Assembly (NCBI GenBank): GCA_963781585.1
Contig: CAWAGQ010000003.1
Span: forward strand, 288,001-352,000
Source: an uncultured Gemmatimonadaceae bacterium
GTDB taxonomy: Bacteria > Gemmatimonadota > Gemmatimonadetes > Gemmatimonadales > Gemmatimonadaceae
DNA length: 64,000 nt
Direction: 5' to 3'
Shown here in pieces: positions 30,079 through 38,267 of this stretch. Made by a program: the position numbers and the translations under genes. The notes under the pieces were generated by a model. The model saw only the letters and a program-made list of their open reading frames with translations, had not been told where the DNA came from and did no database searches. Each line of letters opens with the position of its first letter. Position 1 is the stretch's first letter.

Positions 30079-33000
30079 GCATGGCACTCACTGATGTACG
30101 AATCGATTATCGCCGAGCTCTTGCTCTGCAATGAGATGCACCGCAGGAAACTGAGCGTGCTGAAACCGTGCACGTACGCACGATCGAGAATGAGATTCGA
30201 CGGGATCTTGGCGTCGCTGTTCTGCGCCGATGAACCATCGCCCAGGTCAAGGAGAGAATTGGTGGAGGTGAGGGATGGCGCCGCCGTAATGGTAACCCCC
30301 ATGATCCGCCAGCCGCACGCTCCCGGAGCGACCTTGAGTGCGGCAACGTTGGTGGTCGCGCTCTGGATCTTGGCGTAGCTGGCGGCCGTTGCCGGTGTAA
30401 CGCGGGTGCCCGGCGGCGGCAGCGTCGTATTCGTGGTCAGCACGACCTCGCCGCACCCCGCGTGTTTCGGAAGGACGAACGTCCCCGTATACGTTGCGCC
30501 CGCGGCCAGCTGGATGATGTCGCCCGGCTGAGCCGAATTCAGCGCCGACTGCAGGTTGCCTCCCGAGGGCACGTTCCACACTGTGCCGGTGGGCGGCGAA
30601 TACTGGGTGTTGAGATACACCCGCGGCAGCTCCGGCAGCACGCCAAGCATGCCACCGGGGGTCGTGGGCGCGGACACCGTCACGCTGGCCGATCCGACCA
30701 CGCCCTCGCTCGTTGCCCTGATCTGCGCGTTCCCGGCCGCCACCGCCGTCACCAGCCCCGCGGATGACACGGACGCGACGGAGGCATTCGAGCTGCTGAA
30801 CGAAATCGTCCGGCCGGTGAGCATGTTGCCTGAGGCGTCGCGCAGCACTACGGACGCTTGCGTTGACTGGCCGACGTAGAGCGAAGGTGAAGCCAGCGTC
30901 GTCGTCACCGAGGCGACTGGCGCAGCCGATCCGCTGACCATCACGCTTGCGGAACCGGACTTGCCCCCGGTCGTGGCAACAATTGATGCCGTTCCCGCGC
31001 TCACCGCGCTGACCACACCGGACGACGACACCGTCGCCACCGATGTATTGGCGCTCGACCAGCTGATTGTCTGCCCGGATATGATGTGGCCCGACGCGTC
31101 CCTCGGCACCGCGGTCGCCTGGGTCGTCTGCCCGGCGGTGAGCGTGCTGGAGCCGAGCGTCACCGAGACTGTCGAAACCGCGAGCGGCGAGCCGCTCACC
31201 GCCGCGACCTGGATCACTACGCTCCCGCTCACTCCCTCGCTGGTCGCGGTAATGGTCACCGTGCCGGCACCCGTCGCGGTGACGAGTCCACTCGGCGACA
31301 CGGTTCCAATGCTCGTGCTCGAAGAGGAATACGCGATGGTACGCCCGCTCAGCACGTTCTCCGAATCGTCCCGCAGCGTCACCGTCAGTTGAGACGTGCC
31401 GCCCACCACGATCGCTGTGTAGGCGGCCGTGACGGTCACGGTGCTCACTGCGCCGGCCGGAGGGGCGTCCACCGTCACTGACGCTGCGCCGGATACGCCG
31501 TCTTCGGCCGTGGCAATGATCGAGCTGGTGCCAGCGGACATTGCCGAAACCGTACCGGACGCGGAGACATTGGCGACAGACCTGGGCGAACTGGACCACG
31601 TCACGTAGCGGTTCGTCAGCAGGTTGCCGTTCGCATCTCGCAGGATGTAGTCGGCCTGGGTCGTCTGTCCTACCGCCAGCGACTCGGAGTTGAGCGTCAC
31701 GTCAACCGACGCGACCTGCCCGGACGACGGAGCGGTAACGGTCACGGAAGTAGACGCCACCAGCCCGTCCACGGTGGCAGTGACGGTGGCACTTCCCTCC
31801 CCCACACCAGCTACCAGCCCCGTTGGCGACACCGCGGCCACCGCGTTGTTGCTCGAGGTCCACGACGCGGCGCGATTGACCAGAACGTTGCCGCTCGCGT
31901 CCTTCGCGGTCGCCGTGATCTGCGACGCGCTGCCGGCCAGCAGCGGGAGCGACGTGGGCGACACGGTGAGCGAAGCGGCTGGTGTCGCACTGACCGTGAT
32001 CGCCGCTGTGGCGTGCAGGCCGTCTACCGACGCCGAAATCGTCGCGCTTCCCTGCGCGAACGCGTGCACGACGGAGTCGCTGAGACTGGCCACGGCGGGG
32101 TTGGAGCTCGACCAGGTGACCTTGTGGTTCGGGATGGTCTTGCCCGACTGATCCAGCTCGCGAGCGGATAGTGTGGTGGTCTGCCCCGCGTTCAGCGACA
32201 CACTGGCCGGCACGATGCTGAGGGAGGTCGGCACGGCGTTCACCACGGACAGCGAAGCGCGGCCAACGACCGCGTCAACGATCGCGCTGACCATGACATT
32301 GCCGACCGCGATCGCGGTCACCAGACCACTGGAGTTCACCGTGGCGACGGATGGGTTGGAGCTCTGCCAGGCGATCGGCCGTCCGGTGAGGACGTTGCCT
32401 GACGCGTCGGTCGTGACCGCGGTCGCCTGCATCGTTTGTCCGACGCTGAGCGATCCAGACTGAAGGTTGACGGTGACCGCGCTGGCAGGCGTGGACAGCA
32501 CGGTAATGGTAGCGGTAGCGCTGGCGCCGCCGGATTCCGCCGTAATGATCGCGAAGCCGGATGTGACGCCCGTCACCAGTCCGGTTCCCGACACGGTTGC
32601 GACTTCTGCATTCGACGACGACCAGGCGACGTTGCTGCGACTGAGCTTCTTGCCGTTGCCGTCGCGCAGTGTGGCGCTCAGCTGGGTGGTGCCCCCGGCA
32701 ATGATCGAGGCGTTGGCCGGGCTCACGGTGACGCTGGCCACTCCATTGTTCTTCACGTTCATGGAAGCGGTAGCGGCGACGCCGAGGTACTGGACCTGAA
32801 TCGTCGCGTCGCCGGCGCCAACCGATGTGACGACCCCGTTCGCGCCGACCATCGCAACGCCGGTATCGGACGACGTCCAAACGACATTCGTCGGAGCAAT
32901 GGCGAGGCCGGATGTCAGCGTCGCCAACGCAGAGAAGCGGAGCGAATCGCCCTGATACGCGCTCACGGCGAGCGGGGATATCGAGAGCTCGGTCACGCCG

Positions 33001-33362
33001 CCTTCGACCTCCAGCGTGGCCGTGTCGGCGGCACCGGCCGCCTTCGCGATGATCTGCGTCGAGCCCGCCCCGACCGCCGTCGCGATGCCAAGGCGCGAGA
33101 TGTCGATGACCGCCGGATTCGTCGCCGACCAGTCAATCGGATGTTCGCGGACCTGGTTGAACTGGTTGACCACCCGGGCGGAGTAGGTCCGCGACGCACC
33201 CAGGGCCAGGGTATCAGCGTGTGTGGAAAGGACGACCTTGAGTTGATCGGCGGGCGGTCCGTTGCGGCTGGTGGGTGCCAATGATTCGGAGTCACTGCAC
33301 GACAAGGTTGCTGCCTGCAGGACCACCACCAAAGCCGTCATCGTCCTTCGGGACGCTCGCAT
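29193..33362 (-). CDS. Large surface lipoprotein: ~10 Big_2 Ig-like repeats plus C-terminal beta-helix domain
   Basis: Lipobox-like TLSC; 10 repeats of W/Y/F-SSSNxxVAxV..G.V.A..G...I.A; C-terminal ~480 aa paralogous to 19762-21315; AGGAGG RBS. Confidence 0.88.
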   Translation of the reverse strand: MRASRRTMTALVVVLQAATLSCSDSESLAPTSRNGPPADQLKVVLSTHADTLALGASRTYSARVVNQFNQVREHPIDWSATNPAVIDISRLGIATAVGAGSTQIIAKAAGAADTATLEVEGGVTELSISPLAVSAYQGDSLRFSALATLTSGLAIAPTNVVWTSSDTGVAMVGANGVVTSVGAGDATIQVQYLGVAATASMNVKNNGVASVTVSPANASIIAGGTTQLSATLRDGNGKKLSRSNVAWSSSNAEVATVSGTGLVTGVTSGFAIITAESGGASATATITVLSTPASAVTVNLQSGSLSVGQTMQATAVTTDASGNVLTGRPIAWQSSNPSVATVNSSGLVTAIAVGNVMVSAIVDAVVGRASLSVVNAVPTSLSIVPASVSLNAGQTTTLSARELDQSGKTIPNHKVTWSSSNPAVASLSDSVVHAFAQGSATISASVDGLHATAAITVSATPAASLTVSPTSLPLLAGSASQITATAKDASGNVLVNRAASWTSSNNAVAAVSPTGLVAGVGEGSATVTATVDGLVASTSVTVTAPSSGQVASVDVTLNSESLAVGQTTQADYILRDANGNLLTNRYVTWSSSPRSVANVSASGTVSAMSAGTSSIIATAEDGVSGAASVTVDAPPAGAVSTVTVTAAYTAIVVGGTSQLTVTLRDDSENVLSGRTIAYSSSSTSIGTVSPSGLVTATGAGTVTITATSEGVSGSVVIQVAAVSGSPLAVSTVSVTLGSSTLTAGQTTQATAVPRDASGHIISGQTISWSSANTSVATVSSSGVVSAVSAGTASIVATTGGKSGSASVMVSGSAAPVASVTTTLASPSLYVGQSTQASVVLRDASGNMLTGRTISFSSSNASVASVSSAGLVTAVAAGNAQIRATSEGVVGSASVTVSAPTTPGGMLGVLPELPRVYLNTQYSPPTGTVWNVPSGGNLQSALNSAQPGDIIQLAAGATYTGTFVLPKHAGCGEVVLTTNTTLPPPGTRVTPATAASYAKIQSATTNVAALKVAPGACGWRIMGVTITAAPSLTSTNSLLDLGDGSSAQNSDAKIPSNLILDRAYVHGFSTLSFLRCISLQSKSSAIIDSYISECHAKGFDSQAIVGWNGPGPYKIVNNTLEGVGENVMFGGADPSIPNLIPSDIEFRRNFVYSPASWIGVWTKKNLLETKNVQRFLIEGNVFDGSWGDAQVGFAIMFKSANSSGQCTWCTSRDITVRYNVIRNAAGAFDLLGREGSNPYPVGELLNRVLIEQNIVENISVAPYIGDSKMVQLLDGAGNVIIRNNTMTSPASFKTFLTFGTAPAVNGFDYHDNIVAFGAYGMCGAGLSCNESLLPQVVRGTLNFQHTVIIGGYRSGFPSSTFVSSLSAAQATGAGANTAMVNSAIANVEIP

Positions 33363-33377
33363 GAATCCCTCCTGGGA

Positions 33378-33475
33378 ACGTTCGGCGGCTCAGCCGGCGT
33401 GGCGCCTGGGCGGCGCGGTAGCCCCGTTTGCTTTGCGTGACTCACCGGCTTTCGCCGGGGTTGCCTTTGTCGCGC
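33378..33475 (-). promoter_or_regulatory. Cyclic di-GMP-I (GEMM) riboswitch
   Basis: Minus strand reads ACAAAGGCAACCCCGGC-GAAA-GCCGGTGAGTCACGCAAAGCAAACGGGGCTAC...CACGCCGGCTGAGCCGCCGAA, fitting the GEMM-I pattern (GGCAA, GNRA-capped P2, ACGCAAAGC, GCCGAA). Confidence 0.8.
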
Positions 33476-33933
33476 CCTCCGTCCGGAGGACTGCGATCCT
33501 GCCGCGCTTCCTCGTTTGATGAACGAGAACCGTGAGTACTGCGTGCCTGCGCGATGCTGCCTGGACTCCGTCGATTTGACGAGTTAACCGAAGGCGGGTC
33601 ACGTCTCTCAACTTCTTCTCATCCAAGCAGTTCAGTTGCTTCAACCATCGGGCATTTCTCACAACGCCAACGTGTTCTTGCTCGCCCGCTGCTGCACGAT
33701 GCGGCAATGGAATCACGAAACGCGTTGCCTCGGCACCGACTACTATCGGTGCGTTAGGCGCGACACTTTAACGCGTGGCACCGCTCACGTCCAGAGAAAA
33801 TGTGCACGTCACCGAATTGGATTCTTCATGGCGCGGTTGTGGACCTGCGCACGTGCGCACTGTGTCCTCGCCGGCAGTGTGAGTCACCGTCGATCGCCGC
33901 CGTTCGGTGACGCACAACACACTGCATGCGGAC

Positions 33934-35049
33934 CTACCACACGTCCCAGCGCCCGCGCAGACCATTCCACATCGCCGCCACGACTGCGGCCTGCACGAGG
34001 ATCCACGTCTGCGCAGCATGAAACGCGACCGCCAGCGCGCGTCCGCGGGTCGCGACGCTTGCAACGACGACCGTCAGAGCGAGAGCCACAATCCAGGATG
34101 GGCGATGGACCGCGGCGGTCGCGAGACGAGTGCCGTACACCGCCACACACACCAGTGCGAGATAGGGCGTCAGCAGGCGAACGAGCTTGTGCAGCACGAA
34201 CTGGAGCCAGACGGGGTTGCGTATCGGGACCAGCACCGCCGGAAGCCAGGCACAGAGTTGCAGGACCCCGGTCTGCGTGCGCGCCTTCCTGCGGAACTCC
34301 CGCACCGGCATCAACGGCCGCTCCTCTCGGGCGCGGGCCGCGTCCACGAAGGCGACCCGGTCACCTTCCAGAACCAGCCGCATGGGCGTGTAGAGATCAT
34401 CGAGAATCAGGCCGGCGGGAAGCGGCTTCCATCGATCCCTCCGCATCGCCCAGATGGCGCCGGTGGCACCGATGGTCGAGTGCAGCCGCGCCTCGCTCCG
34501 CCGCAACCAGACCTCCAGGCGCCAGTACAACTGCACCGGCAACGCCTCGATACCCTGCGGGGGGAGCTCGAGCCGGCCCGACGCCGCCGCCCAGCGTCCC
34601 CTCAGCGCGCCGACCAGCGCGTCGATGGCGGTCGGCGCAAAGCGCTGGTACGTGTCCGTGAACACCAGAACGTCGCCGATGGCACCCTCGACGCCGGCGT
34701 TGAGACTTGCCGCCTTGCCGCCGACCGGGCCTCCGCGCACCACGCGCACACGCGCCTCCGTCGCCCCGTAGTCTTCAGGGTCCCGCATCTCCACGGAGGC
34801 ATCGACCGCCACCACCACTTCGAGCCGCGACGCGTCATAGTCCGTTGCCAGGATATCCCGGACCCGCGCGCGGACCGCGTCAGCATCCTCGCGGGTGGCG
34901 AGAACCACGGAGACCAACGGTCGTTCGCTGGCGGGAGTCGGAGCGGTCGTCCGGCGCAGCATGGCAAGGAGCGCCACAACCACCGGGTACCCGATCCAGA
35001 CCGCGACCAGCGTCCACGCGCTCGCGAGCGCCAGATCGGAGAGGGTCAT
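33934..35049 (-). CDS. Glycosyltransferase family 2 (PgaC-like)
   Basis: GKAASLN, VFTD, YWRLEVWLRRSE, GATGAIWAMRR, LILDDL, EFRRKART. Confidence 0.88.
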   Translation of the reverse strand: MTLSDLALASAWTLVAVWIGYPVVVALLAMLRRTTAPTPASERPLVSVVLATREDADAVRARVRDILATDYDASRLEVVVAVDASVEMRDPEDYGATEARVRVVRGGPVGGKAASLNAGVEGAIGDVLVFTDTYQRFAPTAIDALVGALRGRWAAASGRLELPPQGIEALPVQLYWRLEVWLRRSEARLHSTIGATGAIWAMRRDRWKPLPAGLILDDLYTPMRLVLEGDRVAFVDAARAREERPLMPVREFRRKARTQTGVLQLCAWLPAVLVPIRNPVWLQFVLHKLVRLLTPYLALVCVAVYGTRLATAAVHRPSWIVALALTVVVASVATRGRALAVAFHAAQTWILVQAAVVAAMWNGLRGRWDVW

Positions 35050-35195
35050 CAGGGGCAAGACCCTGAACGAGGGTTCGGTGCGCGGTCAGCGGCGGGAACC
35101 TCCGGCGCGATCACGACGCGAATATATGGTGGTGCGCATCAACGGCGAAGCACGCAAGTGTCGTGGTGGTGGTCGCCGAGGCATCTTTTTGATAC

Positions 35196-36491
35196 GTGGC
35201 GGACACCCCCGGACGCATGGAGCGCTCGAATCCAACGATGACCCGGATCGCACGCCTTGGATTGGGAAGCGCCGTCGGTCTCATTCTCGTCGCCACGCTT
35301 ACTCCTGTTGCCGGTCCGACTTCCGGGCTCTGGCACTGGTGCGTCCTCTGCGGCGGCCGGGGCGGGATCGACGCGCTGCAGAACATCGTTCTCTTCTTCC
35401 CGCTTGGCGTCGTGCTGCGTACGGCGGATCGTCCGGTGCGGGTGGCGGCGGTGGTGGGGGCATTGCTCTCCACCACGGTGGAGCTTCTGCAGTGGCGCCT
35501 CGACATCGGCCGCGATGCGGCACTGGGCGATGTGGTGATGAACACCGCCGGTTGCATGCTCGGCGCCGCGCTCACGCCACTGCTGCGTGTTGTCCTGGCC
35601 CCGACGATCGCGCAGGCGCGCGTCTGCGCGATTGTCGGGGCCATGACGTGGGGCGCGCTCGTCTCGCTCTGCGACTGGCTGGTGGTGCCGTGGATTCCGG
35701 CCGGTCCCTTTATCAGTGAGTGGGGAGGAATCGCGCCCCAACCCGAGCGAAGATTCGATGGCTCGGTGTTGCATGTGGATCTCAATGGAATCCCGCTTCT
35801 GCCCCTGGCCCGGGTGGAGCCCGCGCAGGCCGTCCGCGAAGCGCTTCGCGCGCCGGTGTCGAAGGTTCGCGCGGAAGTCATTCCCGGAACGGTTTCATCC
35901 CGGGCAGTGTTCGTCTTCGATCTGACCGGACCCTTCACGGCCGTCGTGTCGATCTCGCAGGCTGGACGCGACCTGCTCTGTGCTCGCTCGGTACGAGCCG
36001 ACCGCCTGAGGCTCCGGTCTCCGCACGTCCTGGTCCGCGACATCCTCATGCCTGGCGACCGCGGCGCCCGTGCCGACACGTTGCGCTTCGAGTGCAATCT
36101 GGACGCGGGACGGGTTGTCGCTCGGGCCCTGATGCGCGGGCAACGCGGGGAGAGCGTGTTGCCGCTGACACCCGGAGTGGGAGCGACGGTGCTCCTTCCC
36201 GACCCGGGAGAGGTCGTCACGAAGCACCCGGACCTCGCGTACCTGTGGCTGGCCCTGCTCTCGGTTCCGATGGGCTTCTGGAGCGCGCGGTTCACGTCAG
36301 GCCGGAGGCGCCGGGCGATGGGCATGCTCGCGGCAATCAGTGTTGTCGTCGGCGTCGCGCTGGATGTCGTGCCCCGGGTGCTTGGCACGCTGGCGGCGCC
36401 GCCATCGGAGCACCTCGCCGTCATCGCCGGCGTTCTCATCGGTGCCGCCGGCGGCGCGTTCAGGCGCCCCGCCGAGTCCGACGCGCGCTGA
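35196..36491 (+). CDS. VanZ family membrane protein with C-terminal extension
   Basis: DALQNIVLFFPLG, VELLQ, GRDAALGDVVMNTAG; start uncertain. Confidence 0.7.
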   Translation: MADTPGRMERSNPTMTRIARLGLGSAVGLILVATLTPVAGPTSGLWHWCVLCGGRGGIDALQNIVLFFPLGVVLRTADRPVRVAAVVGALLSTTVELLQWRLDIGRDAALGDVVMNTAGCMLGAALTPLLRVVLAPTIAQARVCAIVGAMTWGALVSLCDWLVVPWIPAGPFISEWGGIAPQPERRFDGSVLHVDLNGIPLLPLARVEPAQAVREALRAPVSKVRAEVIPGTVSSRAVFVFDLTGPFTAVVSISQAGRDLLCARSVRADRLRLRSPHVLVRDILMPGDRGARADTLRFECNLDAGRVVARALMRGQRGESVLPLTPGVGATVLLPDPGEVVTKHPDLAYLWLALLSVPMGFWSARFTSGRRRRAMGMLAAISVVVGVALDVVPRVLGTLAAPPSEHLAVIAGVLIGAAGGAFRRPAESDAR

Positions 36492-36660
36492 GCCATGCGC
36501 CCTGATCCCACGGGTCGCCCCGCGTTAGGCACCGGGCTGCGCACAGTCCGGGTCTCGCCCCACCGCCTGACGCCGCGCTCAATGCCCCGCCGCAGGATGA
36601 TGGCGTGATCCTGCCGACGCGCCACTTGCCGCAGCAAACGCGACTTCACACTATTCACCG

Positions 36661-37251
36661 GTGATCAGCGTACTCGCCGCCTTCGACGTCGTCTACGGCG
36701 TCCTGCGCGTGGCTTTCTTTGTGCTCGCGGCGATTCTGACAGTGGTCGCGCTGGTGGACTGGCTCGTTCGCACCCGCCGCATCAGCCCGTTCAGCCCCGT
36801 GGCACGCTTCTTCCGGCAATCCGTCGATCCCGTGTTCGTGCCCGTGGAGCGACGTCTCGTGCGCGCGGGCGGGCTGCCCACTGCGGCACCCTGGTGGACT
36901 CTCGCCGCCGTAGTGCTCGCCGGAATCATCCTGCTCAGTCTGCTCGGATTCATTCGCGGCCAACTGTTGCGCACCATGTTCGCCGTGGAAAATGGTCCAG
37001 GCGGCATCTATCGACTTCTGGTCACCTGGACATTCTCGATTCTCGAACTCGCGATTATCGTTCGCGTGCTGTGTTCGTGGGTTCGAATCTCGCCGTACTC
37101 CAAGTGGGTGCGATGGTCGTTCACGCTTTCCGAACCGATCCTGCGTCCGCTCCGGTCGTTCATTCCGACGCTGGGGATGATCGACGTCACGCCGATCGTG
37201 GCCTTCATCGTGCTCCGAATCCTCCAGGGCCTGCTGATCCGGCTCCTATGA
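36661..37251 (+). CDS. yggT: YggT family membrane protein
   Basis: RVLCSW, SEPILRPLRSFIP, IDVTPIVA. Confidence 0.85.
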   Translation: MISVLAAFDVVYGVLRVAFFVLAAILTVVALVDWLVRTRRISPFSPVARFFRQSVDPVFVPVERRLVRAGGLPTAAPWWTLAAVVLAGIILLSLLGFIRGQLLRTMFAVENGPGGIYRLLVTWTFSILELAIIVRVLCSWVRISPYSKWVRWSFTLSEPILRPLRSFIPTLGMIDVTPIVAFIVLRILQGLLIRLL

Positions 37252-37553
37252 CCGGACTGGCGGTGGATCGGCGCGGAACGGCGCTGCGTTTTGCCGTGCG
37301 GGTGCAACCGCGGGCCGCGCGCAATGAGGTGGCCGGTGTCCAGGGAGTGGCGCTCAAGGTGCGCCTCAACGCGCCGCCGGTGGACGGCGCTGCCAACGAG
37401 GCCCTGGTGAGATTTCTGGCGCGGGCCCTGGGCGTCGCGCCGCGTCAGGTTCGTATCGTGTCGGGAGCCACCGCGCGACTCAAGACCATTGAGGTGGAAG
37501 GCATCGATCCCAAGCACCTGGACCGCCTGACGACGCAGGCCTCCGGCCTGTGA
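37248..37553 (+). CDS. DUF167 (YggU/UPF0235) protein
   Basis: VRVQPRA, LKVRLNAPPVDGAANEAL, GATARLK. Confidence 0.9.
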   Translation: MTGLAVDRRGTALRFAVRVQPRAARNEVAGVQGVALKVRLNAPPVDGAANEALVRFLARALGVAPRQVRIVSGATARLKTIEVEGIDPKHLDRLTTQASGL

Positions 37554-37627
37554 CCTCTGGCCTGTGGCCTCCGAGCTATGACCTGGGGCCTCCGACCTTT
37601 GGCCTGTGGCCTCTGACCTTTGGCCTC
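37537..37627. repeat. Degenerate heptamer tandem repeat (consensus TGRCCTN), ~13 units
   Basis: aggcctc cggcctg tgacctc tggcctg tggcctc cgagcta tgacctg gggcctc cgacctt tggcctg tggcctc tgacctt tggcctc. Confidence 0.9.
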
Positions 37628-37632
37628 TACCA

Positions 37633-38046
37633 ATGATCCTCGTCCTCGGCACCAACGATGCACTGCTGGAAGGGCTCGCCCAGGCGCTCGCGGCCAGCGG
37701 ACAGCCAGTCTCCGTGGCCAAGACCATAGACGACGCCGAGGACGCGGCAAGGCGTCATGCGCCTCTGTTGCTCATCGCGGACCGGTCCCGACTGGCCCGA
37801 ACCGACGGGAGCCGACTCGCTCGGCTGGCGTTCGCCGCCGGAGGCGCGGTAGTGGCATATCGCAGTCACGACGAGCCGGCCGAGACACTCGCCCTCCCCT
37901 CCGAGCTGGCGCGCATGACCCTGGCCGATCTGGAGCTGCCACTCGAACGCAACCGATTGGTCGCGCTCGCGGTGTACGTGGTGGCGCGGGCGCGCGAGGT
38001 TGGTCGGGTGCAGCCCGACACGCCGCCGGCCTCGCCCGGTCCGTAA
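37633..38046 (+). CDS. Hypothetical protein, degenerate receiver-domain-like
   Basis: MILVLG..D.ALLEGLAQAL...G..V.VA pattern resembles a REC N-terminus. Confidence 0.6.
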   Translation: MILVLGTNDALLEGLAQALAASGQPVSVAKTIDDAEDAARRHAPLLLIADRSRLARTDGSRLARLAFAAGGAVVAYRSHDEPAETLALPSELARMTLADLELPLERNRLVALAVYVVARAREVGRVQPDTPPASPGP

Positions 38047-38048
38047 CA

Positions 38049-38065
38049 TCGGCATGAGGCTTGCT
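38049..38065 (+). promoter_or_regulatory. Possible sigma-54 (-24/-12) promoter
   Basis: TCGGCATGAGGCTTGCT: GG-N10-GC with GGCA..TTGC. Confidence 0.3.
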
Positions 38066-38155
38066 CTGCTTTTGCACGACCGCTATACGTGAAGACAGAC
38101 GAAAAACGAGCGGCCGCTCGCCTGGTGCTGCGAACGGCCACTCGAACACTAAAAT

Positions 38156-38215
38156 CCGCCGTGGCGATTTAGGGCAACTTGCGGCCACGTAAAACAATCC
38201 GCTAAAGCGCCGGCC
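38156..38215 (+). promoter_or_regulatory. SAM-II (SAM-alpha) riboswitch
   Basis: CGTGGC-GATTT-AGGGCAAC-TTGC-GGCCACG-TAAAACAATCC-GCTAAA; P1 38160-38165/38184-38189; TTTAG/CTAAA pseudoknot; upstream of metH. Confidence 0.85.
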
Positions 38216-38267
38216 GGGCGCTCATGCGCTGGGCCGCTTTCTTATCCTCCATCCCCCCACCTTCCTC

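Noticed and set aside
33390..33716. 108-aa minus-strand ORF upstream of the Ig protein
   Set aside because: No recognisable motifs and it overlaps the riboswitch; better explained as leader sequence
35111..36658. 515-aa minus-strand ORF and the many similar long antisense ORFs in the track
   Set aside because: Shadows of motif-bearing genes on the opposite strand
37537..37627. CRISPR array
   Set aside because: 7-nt tandem units with no spacers and no cas genes
38046..38267. Cobalamin or SAM-I riboswitch upstream of metH
   Set aside because: No B12-box or SAM-I core seen; the sequence fits SAM-II instead
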